A stretch of 64,000 nt of DNA, from contig NC_058368.1 in the NCBI RefSeq assembly GCF_018350175.1, positions 151,158,001 through 151,222,000 on the forward strand, in the 5' to 3' direction. The notes under the pieces are model-generated. The model was not told where the DNA came from. It saw only the letters and a program-made list of their open reading frames with translations, and searched no databases. Made by a program: the position numbers and the translations under genes. Position 1 is the stretch's first letter; each line of letters opens with the position of its first letter. Of this stretch, positions 11,705 to 24,278 are shown in pieces. This stretch comes from Felis catus (taxonomy: Eukaryota).

Positions 11705-12055
11705 AGTTCCTCATACATGCCACACTCCTTCCTACCACAGGGCCTTTGAATATGCAATCCCCCCTGCCTGGAATGCTCCACCTTCCCCTCTGTGCCCCCT
11801 TAACTTCTTCCTCTCCTTTCTGTCTTAGCTCTAATTTCACCTCCTCAGGAAGCACTCCATCCTTTCATGATCACAACAAATCCCCCATTAGGACTCACAG
11901 CACCGTGCCTTTCTTTGTAGCACTTGTCACAACTGAAATTGCCTGTCTTCTTCAACATCTGTGGGCCAACTCTGTTTTGTGTCTCTTTCGTAATCACATT
12001 ATCTACCCCACTGCCAGGCACATCAGAGGAGCCGGTAACTCAGTTGATTAACGAA
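11705..12055 (+). mobile_element. L2 3' fragment
   Basis: cagggcctttg..cctgcctggaatgctc..tcacctcctcaggaagc..tgccaggcacat motifs typical of L2. Confidence 0.7.
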
Positions 12056-15000
12056 TTTAAGATTAAATTAAGATTTAATATTTTCTTCAGTTGCTAGTTT
12101 TAATGACTATTCCTGAGAATATTGTCATATTTCTGCTTATACAGAAGCAAGTTGACAACCTCATTTAATCCTCTGTCATATTTATATAGCATCTCATATT
12201 TGGAGTAAGAGTAACTCACAACCCGAAGTCGAAGTGGAAAGAATTTTGGAGTCAGGAGGCTCAGGTCTGAACTTGAGCTTGTTGTTTGCTCTTGCCTACA
12301 ACAAACTGGGAACAAACTCTTGACGTGCAGAATGGCTACGAGCACTAGGTGTGGTACTGTATGCAAAGTGGGTACACAGCAGCACTGCAGACATGACCTA
12401 CTACTTGTAAGATTGCTTCAGTTTTGAGGCATAAAACAAAAGTCGTGTTATACAACGAGGCTACCAAGCGAATCATAGTCCTTACGTACACCGTGAAGAC
12501 TTCACTTTCCAGAGCTAATGATGAGCAAGTTCTAACAGGTAATGCTTCATTTATTCCTTAACAATAATCATTATATGAAGAAAAAAATTTACAGTGTTAT
12601 AAAAATTAAGAAGTTTCTCTTAAGTATCAGTCATGGAAGAGCTTCAGGCTGCAAAAGCAGAAATAACTAGGGAAATATATCAATTTTCCCAATGACCATG
12701 GCTGCTGAAAACTCTACATTAATGCTTCTAGTCCTACTTTAATATCTTTCCCCAAGGACAAAAGGAGATGAAATGTATGTCAGAAATATAATAAGGCTAA
12801 AAAGGAACTCGTTTTGAAAACCTCTGCAATTAATTTAATAAGTGGGCCTAACCTGCCGTTATCACTGACATAAATCATTTTATTTACACAGTTCTAGAAT
12901 TTAGGAGACACTCATACCTTCAAACAACCGTGTTGCATTATAAACAATTTAATAAACACGAGGGAAGCATACCTTCCCCGTCATGGTTTTCCATGGTATA
13001 TTCTGTCTTGAACATTTTTTTCACACTGCAGCTTAAACAGCCTTCTTCATTCCCCGTTCCAAAATAAACTCCAAATGGTCTAAATATGTCAAGAGCCTCA
13101 TGCTGTTGAACCACATCACAGTTTTTTTTTTTTTTTTGCCTTTCCACATCATATTAAGTAATTAATTCAGGGTTCTATCATGTCTTTGTTTTCCTAATTT
13201 TTCCCAACAGTACAGCCACCACCTTGTCTTTCAAAAGCCACTTAGTGATGTGCCAGGGCTTACCACAAAGGTAACCCCTGCGTTGCGTCATCACAAAGCA
13301 ACAGCTACTATTTGGCATCACAGATTACGTTCTGTTCCCCAGCTGTAACCTCTCAGTAAGAACACGCAGCTGGATTTTGTGTCGCTCTTACTGAACAAAG
13401 CAAGTAAAGCACCACACAATACCAGTATCGGTCAAACAAAATTGCCAGCCTTCAAAGCAAGCTAGGATTGAAGAGGGAGATGTTGTTATACGTTTTCGCG
13501 TTACTATAACAAAATCTGAGTTCCTGGGCATCTCATGATCCTTTCAGAAAAACATTTTATGTTCATTATTTTCTTAATCTTTTATCATATTTCATCATAT
13601 GAAATTCATATTCATATGAATTCATTCATATGAATTTCATATCATATTTCATCACTAAAGTGGAAAAACTCTATAAATTTCTTTCTCAAAAGCCTATATG
13701 TACCAGACACCATGTTCAGCCTTACTGATACATTGGTGTGTGTGTCTGGGTGTGTGTGGGGAGAACATTTTCGTGCAAACCTGCAGCAAATGGAAAAGCT
13801 CCATTTCAGTCTTTCATAATGTGAAGATAAAACAGTAAGAGTACATTTTAAGACACCTGAGTAGTCTTAAATAATCACAATATTACTAAGAAACCACAAT
13901 ATTACTAAGTAATCACACCAAATAATCAAAGAATCACAATATCACCAAATAATCACAATAAATAATCACAATATTACTAAGAAAGTGATATAACTGGTTA
14001 AAAGACAGTCTAAGTAATTATTCTGTATTCAAATATTACGTTAAACAATTGAAAATTATGTCCTAAAAATAATTTGCTTCTGTTTTTATTTTCCTAATTT
14101 AGTTAATATTTAAAGATGACCTTGAAATAGAAAGAAATAACTACTGTCCTCCTGCCAATGTTTTTGTTATACATTAAGGAGAATAAGCTTGATAAATCAC
14201 CCACTATTTACACTGAATGTCATTTACTTTTTGTCTTTGGTCGAACTTCAGGAATTTGTAAAGTTTACATAACAGCCTTTCATCTAATATGCATAATAGC
14301 CAAAATGCCATAATAATGTCTCTCAAAATATAGATATTTGATATTGCTGTTCTATGTGGCTCAACATGGAAACCAGTGATTCATCAATTTTTCTATTCTC
14401 TTCATCTCTTTTACAGCATCCTAATCAACCTAATTAAGGCTTTGTTCATCTGAAACCTCTGATGACAATTTGTTTAACTCTATCCCACTGTGGTCTTCTT
14501 ATAAGGAGAATTAAATCTGATCTTCTGACAGCAATCATTAAATGATCCCAACTGGCCCCAATTAAGCCACATGGCTCACGGGCTTCCATACAGTCAAGTG
14601 CCAAGTTCTCTGCTCCATTCGCACATCATTCTTTACCTTGGTTTATTTTCTTAAAGCCAATTAAGTATGTGTCTTATCAAGTGGAACTAAATTTCCTTGT
14701 GTACATTAGCTTAAGATACAGTGCATCAATTGACTTTGCAGTCACACTGAAGTATCACACAGGGCTCCTAAAGCCATTCTCTCTAGCTATAGTGCTATTA
14801 ATGAAAATAAAACAAAACAAAACAAAAAAAAACACAACACTTTAAATTTACTTACCCATGCTGAAAGTGATACATGTGCCTTCTCAAATAATACACATAT
14901 TCAAACACTTGTGGCTAACATAAATCAACAACAACTTTCTATCTGGCTTATTTACAATGATGTTTTAATAGAGTAGTATCTGCATTTGGTAGAGCTTAAC

Positions 15001-17119
15001 ATCCTTTTTTTTAAAAGCATTTAAATTGTCTCTTTAAGAGCTGCTAAAAGAGTAGTTCCAAAGTAAGACTTCTGAAGTTAACCTTTCTTACCCTTAATTT
15101 CTGCTCTAATTTTTTTCACATATGCTCAATTGTAAGTTCTGTAATGATGTTCGCAGGCCTTCCTATGAATGCAGGTAGCCTCAGGATTTAGAGCTCATTG
15201 ATTGTGTGCTACTCCAGGGAGATGGCTGATTAAAAACAGCCTCGTGAGGAGGAGTAGCTCCTATTCACATCTGGCTCATCTTGTTCTAAACGCTCATACC
15301 TGTATGGAAATTTGACCCCTAGCTCTGGCTTTGGAGCACCGCACTTTTCAGAGTCCTTTACCTTCGACGTCAGGGCAGAAACACAGTTAGATTAATCTCA
15401 GTATGACTGGTGTTTGACACAGTTTCTGAAGGCCTTAATCAATTATCCTGACTACTTTTCTGAGAATAAAAACAAATGTGCTGTATTTTTACATCTATTC
15501 TAATTATAGCTATCACTGATCATCTGTTGGTATCTGATGCAGGCTATCTGTCACAGTTCTCAGAGCAGATGGATTAGAACATATCTGTTCATCCTAATCA
15601 TACATTAAAAACTGACATTAGGATAGAAAACTGAAATGGATGCTATGCATCTTATTGGACATTAACCTTGATGGAGCACAGCAATTCTTTTTATTCCTTG
15701 ACCAACAGATGTAACTACAAAGAAAAAGGAAAATATAATAGAATCTTTAACATACTGACATTTGGAAACACCTAGAAAAATAGTTATGCGTGTTTTCTTT
15801 ATGATAGCTAAATAGATAATCGTCTACTCAATAAAAGTTCTCCTCAGAAGAGGAAAATTCAAAATATTTACTACAAAATGCTGATGATTTAGAAAATACT
15901 AACAGCCTAACAGCTGATTGACCTTAAAAAATGTATAATAAATATACTAAAATTTTGGCAAAGCAAAACAAGATGCTCGGTGTTGCATTATGAAATATTT
16001 CTCACTGTATTATAGTAATCTCCAATAAGGTTTGATGTTAATTTTAGAGCACGCTTCTGCTAAAAAGGGCAAACCCTGCAACAGATTTAGTACAAAGAAG
16101 CTGAAAATATCCTGTGGAAAAAAAAAAATCTGTAGTGAAATCAGCCAGCCCAAATCCTGCCATTACTCAGCACTGCAGTGACGTGCGGATGTTTGTAGTG
16201 GTTTGAGGAGCCAGCAGGGGTGGAAACTCTACGTACTCGACTTCAACATGATTGCAATTGAACCTCATCAAAGTAAGAGCTCATAATTTGTCACAGAAAA
16301 CAGCCAATTAACATATGTTAGAAAAAGGCTTCATAAAGATAATATATGATTAAAGACCCAGTGCAGCTGTTGAAAATCAAAACTATGCATTTAAAAAAGA
16401 AATCTCAGCCTGAGCTTCCGTACGGTTAAACTGATAATGGCTACTATGATTTTTTTTAAAGGAGAAAAATATAATTACAGTGCTTCTCATAAGTTTGGGG
16501 TTATGGCAAGGGAGAACTGGGTACTGTGGTATTATTTACTATGCCTTACTTAGTTCTATAAATAGTTGAAGCCCTTGCCAAAACTCTGTAGTTACTTTGT
16601 TATAGTGCTATTTTAAAACACAGACCTTCATTGTGAGCTAAATAGCCTTCAGGATGCACTTTGTAGTTATAGCATTCCTCTCAAAACTATATCCTCCCTT
16701 TATCTGTGCAGAACTCCAGGACAAGAGGACTCGACATGACAGTCCTGCTCGCTGTAGAACACACTGGGGCTATGTGACTCAAGGTTTCGACACTTGAGAA
16801 CTTTTGTCAGGGTTGGTGGTCAGGAAAGACAACGCGTCAATGTGAGAAATGAGACTATGGTGCATGTGTGTAGTACAGATCCTCTAACATGACGTAGTGC
16901 AGGCCACCTGCCACAGCTTCGGAGCAGATGAACTATACGTAACTCAATGTACGGGGGGTACTCTCCTCGGAGATTTAAATGAAACTTTAGCGTGGACCAA
17001 GCGAGCAAATCAAATCTTGGCTAAATTGATATCATTGGAGACCGTGCACCAAAATCATGATGCTTGATATTACAGATATCAATGAAAAAGTTTGATCTTT
17101 AGTTACAGAGACATAAATA

Positions 17120-17420
17120 TGTCAAGCATGATGCTAGGTCCTAGGGACACCACTGTGAACAGAACAAACAAGGTCCTGGTGTTGACGAAACTTACACTTT
17201 AAAGTTTGAAAGAGAGAGGCAATCAACAGGTACACCAGTATGATGATTTTAGATAGAGAAGTGCTGGAAAGAAAATACCACACTAGGACAGGCGAGGGGG
17301 TGACTAAACAGGAAAGAGCAGAGCTGGACAGTGCTCTCAGGGAAGATGATATTTGAGCAGATGACATCTGAGGACAGATCTAAAATACAGATGGAGGCAG
17401 GCAGTATTTGGAGGATGCCT
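17120..17420 (-). mobile_element. L2 fragment (a short plus-strand MIR core follows at ~17490-17560)
   Basis: ctagggacaccactgtgaacagaacaaacaaggtcctg..gatatttgagcaga; then cctcagtttcctcatcta. Confidence 0.6.
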
Positions 17421-20084
17421 ACTCCAGCCTGAACACTCCATGAATACTCTGCCTGTCACTATTGCTACAAACTCGGCTAATCCATAGTTTCCCAAACCTC
17501 AGTTTCCTCATCTACAGAATAGGAATAATTATATATATATTCTATGATAAGGCTGTGAGGCTCCAATAAAAAACAGCACCACATTCATTTGTAAAAATTC
17601 AGTTAGATGCAACTCAATTTCATAAATTCATTGTGTCAACTTGTTTCCTTCACTTCAACATTGTATACTTTCATAAAAATTATAAACACTTTGAAGCACT
17701 GACAATATAGTATAATGCAAACGGTTTCTAAACTGATATGAACTGAATCCAAAGGTGCTTCTTCCCTTGAAATGTGGGTGTTTCATTAAATCAGTGTCCA
17801 CTGACTGAACTAGTTCTTGGGCAAAGAAGTTCTTTTCACGGTGTTAAATATGCACAGCACCATGAGCTATCTGACAAATACAATGAAAAACTTCTGCAAG
17901 TGTGAAATACAGAATTATATTTTTAAAATCATGCCTCTTTTCTTCTAGAAATAAACAATCTTACAACATTACTGATGTACCTGAGTCACTAGGGTAGGTT
18001 GATTTATTTCCTCTCTCACAGGACCCAACTCCCAAGCAATCAGAACAGTTTTGATTAAGATCTCAGTGATATTTGAAAATCCCAGTGTCTCACCGAATGG
18101 GAAATGTTCACATATCTTTGGACATACCCATCTAATGAGAGTAAGCTATGTAGCCTCCAGCCAAACAGATTAATTTCCAACTTGGAATGAATAGACAAAT
18201 TGAATCATCGAGTATTTTTTAAATTAAAGCATTTTAAGAAGAAAAAATAAAAAAAATAAGGATTACAAATTTTAATAAATAAAAATTGGAGTAAAAAGCA
18301 ATAGACACATTTTAATCTTAAAATTTGTTAAACAGAAATGTCTAACGAAAAACTAGTATTTTAAGTAAAGAGAGAGTCAAAATTTTCTATGCAACAAAAC
18401 TTTAAGAAATGACAAGTATACACTTTCAATTCTCCCTACCCGGCCACTTTCTCGGGGAGTAGTATAAATTTGATCCTTTATTGTACTAATTTCTTTTTAT
18501 TTCCTATTTGGTGAACATACTTTACCAATTTTAAAATAGGGTAAGTTGTATAATTTACCATGAAGCCTAAATTTACACTAATCCATTTTCATTTATAATG
18601 GATCTAGTGCCCTGAAAAAGAATCGTAAGTTGGAATAGGTTTTCTTTTTTTTTCTTCTTGGAATCAAAAGAGTCTTCTTTCCTCTCCTTTGTGAATCATG
18701 TTATAGATATTTATTCTAATAAAAATCAGCATAGTGTTTGACTCTTCTGAATGCTAACCAGTATTTCACATTGCAAACTCCTCTCCCTCCCTGCCTATAT
18801 TGTAAAGTGACCTTCGAAGGACGCTTGCCTCCCCCTCCAAAACCCCGTCATAATTGCATGCAAAGCAGGCATGTAAATCTGAGTCTCTTCTCTCTCTTTG
18901 TAGCGCTGCCTGCTCCATTTTTTCATTTCATCACCTTTCTTTATCTCTTCTTCCACATGTTGAGAACTGAGGGGATATGGAAAGTGAAACTGTCAAAGAG
19001 CTAGGAATAGAGGTGTTCTCAGATGAAGAGAATGTTTCCTCCATATACCCGGACAGAGCAAGTTTGTTTCAGAGCATACCCGCCATGGGCATAGGGTAAA
19101 CTAAGTCGGTTCCTACGCTGAAGGCCTGGCAGGAGGCTCCTTATCTCAGCTTGTCTACACATTCTGTCCCAGGCTATTTTCAAGGATAGCCCAAGTCATC
19201 CTTGGCAGATACTAATACATGGAAAGTATTACAGTACTTCCCCTGTAAAAAAGACCATGCTATTACAGATCAGAAATTTACTGAAATGAAGTTTTTTTTT
19301 AATCCCCATTCTCTAAAAGATTTAAAAGAAAGCACCCACTGGTGGAAGCAAGCTCATGACTCTCATCAGAAACCCCAGAATGGATTCCAAAGATTAGTGG
19401 TTCCTAAGGATTATGACAAGCTATTCCTCAAAAAAAAAAAAAAAAAAGTCAGGAAATTAAAAAAAAAAATTAGGAAAGCAAATTCTTTGCTGCAGGACTT
19501 TTCATATTCTTCAGTATGCTAGATGCCAAAATCTGGAGTATTTCCAAATGTATCCAGAATATGTTTTGGGAAATGCTAGCTTTAAAGAAAGGAATAAGCT
19601 TTTTCTGACTACTGAATACATTGCACTGCTGAAATGCCCTAAACCAACACTTTGCTTAGTGCCTGGCTCAAGGAAAACATAATAGTATTGTTGAATAATT
19701 GATAAAACAAAGGAAAACTATACTTCACCTTTACAAAGAAGTATAAATATGATATCAAGTGCAGAAAATTGCTGTTCTTTTAAAGTAAAAATATTAATAA
19801 AATATTTAGCAATTAGTGCAACATAGTTCTAAAGCACCAAGAAGTTCTGGAGTGGAGTGAAAAGAAGGCTGTATTTGTAACCAGACTCTTGGTTGGGCTC
19901 TGCTACCCATGAGCTGCCAGTCAACTGCTTTTGAGTCTCATTGTCCTTAGATATATACATTGTTTTTTCCCCACACTTCTTGCTTTGAAAAGTTGGTGCA
20001 CCTCAGCCTCAAGCAATATAAGCAGTTAAGACTAAGGTTACATTATGCACTTTGGACCACTAACCGTATTTAGAAATTTAATAA

Positions 20085-20320
20085 ATAACAGCTATGAATT
20101 ATAAAATACTATGACACTAAAAGCTTTACATATGTTAACTCCAATCTTCACAACAGCCTATGAGAAAGACTATTTCATCACTTCCAATTTACAGAAAAAA
20201 AGCTGCAGGACAGAGAGGTTAAGTTACTTGCCCAAGGTCACAAAGCTAGTGTTAGAATATATATAGTTATAAAGTATATAAATCTAGTCCCAGACTCTAC
20301 TCGAACTGCATACTCTGCTA
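20085..20320 (-). mobile_element. MIR
   Basis: cagagaggttaagttacttgcccaaggtcacaaagctagt core. Confidence 0.8.
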
Positions 20321-20419
20321 ATTCTCCATGCAGCAAGGTACTATTCACGAGAGGGCTTTCAAGTTAAAATTCTATGCAGAACATTACGTTCAGAAGGTTT
20401 TAGTGAAATCTAAGAAGTA

Positions 20420-20488
20420 TTTTTTTAAGTTTATTTTGAGAAAGAGCATATGCGAGCATGAGTGGGGGAGGGGCAGAGGGAGGGAGAC

Positions 20489-20548
<60 letters not shown>

Positions 20549-20681
20549 AGGATGAATCCCAAGCAGGGTCCATGCTGTCAGCAGAGCCTGATGTGGGGCT
20601 CGATCCCATGAACCGTGAGATCATGACCAGAGCCAAAATCAAGGGTTGGATGCTTAACCAACTGAGCCACCCAGGCACCCT
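20420..20681 (-). mobile_element. Carnivore SINE with an expanded (GA)n tract (~20496-20544)
   Basis: Head at 20681; TSD core aatctaagaag at 20407-20417 and 20684-20694. Confidence 0.93.
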
Positions 20682-21846
20682 GTAATCTAAGAAGCACTTT
20701 TTAAAAGAGCATTCTTTAATTGATCTAACATTCTCTTATTCTTGATGGCAAAAAAGAACTCACTTCACTGTGCCACGTAGGGGAAGGGAATGAAACCTGA
20801 GTTAGATATTTGTTATTAGAGTACCAGGATTTACTGGCTCATCAGCATCCTTGGGTTTCCCCCTTCTTTTCTACAAACAAATTGGTTGCTCACAAGGGAA
20901 ATCAGGTGAATGTCTATGAATCAGCATACATTCACCATGAACTCCTGGGAAAAATGTGAAAACAGGAGCCTTCCTGAGGATGGGTCAGGAGCATCAACTT
21001 CATTGATTATTAAATGAGAATTACAAAGAGTATTACAGTTTGTTTTGTTTTTGTTTTGTCTCTAGGTTTGAGACAGTCATCTTGCTCTTCTTCAAAGGAC
21101 CTTGGGTAAGTTTGTAACCCAGATCTAATTAACTCTGGTTTTACCTTGATCATTACTCCCAACTCCCTTTCTGTTCCTCCTCTTGTTCTTCCTTCCCGTT
21201 GTGCTTCTCCTTCATCTCCTCAAATTATAGCCTCTCACAATATTCTTCTTTATGCAGTGGAGCTCCCACATCAGAATTTTATACATTTACCTACTTCTTT
21301 AGAACTCTTTGTGTTTGAGACTTCTGGCTATAACTATGCAATTCACACTCTTTAAATACATTATTTTAGAAGTAGTTTTATGTAGATCAGCTTTATAAGT
21401 CACACACCTAATAAAATTTACTATTAATTGTATAAAAACAGTTGACATAATTGGCAATATATTTATAATTGTTGAAGAAAAATAATACACTTTGGTGTAT
21501 TACAGAAGTTCACATCAGTTTTTCCACAATGTATCATATAGCCTGGCTTTGTCACAGCCTACAGAGTATGAGGAAGTAATAGTTTGTATATTTTCAGTGT
21601 ATCAGACTTTTCTCCTACTTTCATAGGGAGAGCACTGTGGTACAGAGGTACATGTATATTCATTTATGTATTCACATATGTTATTTTACCGGTTGATGAG
21701 CAAACTGGGCCAGAGCCATTCAAAAACTTCACAATCGACAATGACCCATTATTTCAAGCCTGAATTCAATTTAAGATGCTGAGCTGCTGATTAGGCAAAG
21801 TGAAAGCTCAACATGGCTGCTTCTATAGCCCATGCACTTAAAGACG

Positions 21847-21859
21847 GTAAACAGGAAAT
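21847..21859 (+). promoter_or_regulatory. FOX:ETS composite motif GTAAACAGGAAAT
   Basis: Overlapping forkhead (GTAAACA) and ETS (CAGGAA) cores, with GATA TGATAAG (21991-21997) and T-box-like AGGTGACA (22003-22010) nearby. Confidence 0.4.
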
Positions 21860-23114
21860 CTCTGAAATTTCTAATCCGTTAAGAAAGTGCCTGTTGGCAA
21901 ATATTGCCTTTCACAGTGAAGAGATGTCTGGAATAAATTTTATATCAGGGTCACTCATGCTTGTAGGTGGGTCTGGTAATAAAAGAGTTCTGATAAGTGC
22001 AGAGGTGACATCACTTTTAGATGCTAGAAAAATGAACATTACCATCAAGTAACTAGTTAACATACCAAATCATTATTTGCCTACTCTTCTGAGAATTCTG
22101 AAATTAAAAATTATACAACAATGCTTCTCTTATATATTTTATGAATTGGAAAACAATGAATATAGCAATTTCTATTCATTTCCTTTTAAAAAGGTAGGAT
22201 AAATACTTAATAAATGTTTCTCTAAACTTATTATGGAGAATTTCAGGATGGGATTAGAAATTTTAATTTCCTTAAACTGGATCTTTAGGAGATCCACTTT
22301 AAAATTTATCTAAATTTTGCCATGTTAGAGAAGTTCAAAATAATCAATTTTTTTGGTTGAAATAGGTATCTATATTTCCACTCAACCAAGGCAAGAGGAG
22401 ACATGCCAGATATTAATGCTGGCAGAGGCCATGCAAGGTCACACCGTTTTCTCCTCCTTCAGATAATACCATCCCCAAATTATTTCACAAAGATTCCACC
22501 TCTCCTATTTTTAAGGCCTTCCGGAAAAGGAGCAACATAACCTTCCTCAGTAACCTATTTTGACATTTCACAACTCTCACTCAGGAAATTCTGACTTATA
22601 GCTAATCCCTCACAGAATACTTTATGCCCACTCCTCTTGTTCTACCCTCTGGACAGAGAACAACATTTGATGATCATGGCCTCATTTTATACACTTCCAG
22701 ACTGTATACTGAATTATATCTGTTTTGTTATCCTTACTCCCTGCCCCCACCATATTCGCAGATCTTCATTTCAAGTCATATCTGTCTTTAACTCTGTAGT
22801 CTAAAAATATACATAGTACTCAAAACAGGCTCTTGTATATTCCTATCAAATACATATTTTTAATTATCCACACACTGCATAAAAGGTAAAGCCAAAGTTT
22901 ATCTTTGCATTTATTTCAATTGTGCATTGTTTTCCCTAGCCAGATTTGTTTCTAGCCAACTCTTCCACATTTTGTATGTGAAGAGGTTATTTGTTTCTCC
23001 TTAGCTTCATGACTTCTGACCACTTCTTCAGTTTATCAAAGACATGCTGACTTCCGATCCTATCTTCCAAGGGTCAGACTTTACACTGTTTACATAGGAC
23101 TTGTTAATGTGTAA

Positions 23115-23129
23115 CTTTTTTTAATGTTT

Positions 23130-23165
<36 letters not shown>

Positions 23166-23336
23166 ACACACACTTGTGGGGGAGGGGCAGAGACAGAGGG
23201 GGAGAGAGAGTCCCAAGCAGGCTCTGCAAAGTCAGAGCAGAGCCTGACAAGGGGCTCCATCTCAAGAACCTTGAGGTCATGACCTGAGCCAAAATCAAGA
23301 GTCGGATGCTTAATCGACTGAGGCACTCATGCGCCC
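23115..23336 (-). mobile_element. Carnivore SINE
   Basis: T-rich tail, (GA)n, tcatgacctgagccaaaatcaagagtcggatgcttaa. Confidence 0.92.
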
Positions 23337-23773
23337 TTAATGTTTTTAAATTTAGTGAATAAATTATTTCACTATTCCTTCAGCAACCATTCAAATATGT
23401 GTGGTTTAGAGGATATTTTTCCAATTTATGAATGAGAATGTCACACAGAACAAAATCAAAAGCCTTGGAAAGTTGAGATTATACCTAATTCGTCTCCTTC
23501 ACACTCTATACTGCAGGTTAAAAGTCCTCATAGGACCCGTTTTTAATGATGCTGTGTTGGCTCATACTGATGCCAGGGTGTTAGAGAATGTATACAAAAT
23601 GTACAACAAATCTCTGTGATTTTTCCTAATCTATTTTAAGTTTGCAAATAAGAGAGTTACTAACAGTGGCTTCCTTTGCTTTCTTTTAAAAATATCATCC
23701 CTGATAGTTACCTTATAGTCTTTATTTAAAACTTCTAAATAAAATAAATAAATAAAAAATTAGAAATTCTTAG

Positions 23774-23977
23774 GGGGCACCTGGCTGGCTGGGTCGGTTG
23801 AGAGTCTGACTCTTGATTTTGGCTCAGGTCATGATCTCATGATTCGTGAGATGGAGCCCCACATCCGGGTCTGCACTGAGAGCATGGAGCCTGCTTGGGA
23901 TTCTCTCTCTCCCTCTCTTTCCCTGTGTCTCTCCCCTATTTGTGCTTTCTTTCTCTCAGAATAAGAAAAATAATGAA
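23774..23977 (+). mobile_element. Carnivore SINE
   Basis: ggggcacctggctggct head; TSD aaattcttag at 23764-23773 and 23978-23987. Confidence 0.92.
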
Positions 23978-24234
23978 AAATTCTTAGGACTAGTATCTTG
24001 TAGCCCTGCAATTGCATTATAAGAATTCCTGCTACTAAAATTATCTTAGCTTTAGGTAGACCTGTCCAGGCATTCCATGATATTTTCTTTGTTCCTTAGT
24101 ATCACTTGATTCCAGAGGTCATAGGTACGTATGTTACATTTCACGTGTATGTGACCACAAACACGAGCTCATTTTGCTGCAAAGAAACATTTCATTCATT
24201 CCTTCATTCAATAGGGTTTTTTTGTTGTTGTTTT

Positions 24235-24240
24235 GTGCGT

Positions 24241-24277
<37 letters not shown>
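24235..24277. repeat. (TG)n microsatellite
   Basis: Seen directly. Confidence 0.9.

Positions 24278-24278
<1 letters not shown>

Noticed and set aside
13583..13984. Repeat clusters considered as a CRISPR-like array or miRNA hairpin
   Set aside because: No constant repeat with unique spacers, mammalian context, and the stems are short and very AU-rich.
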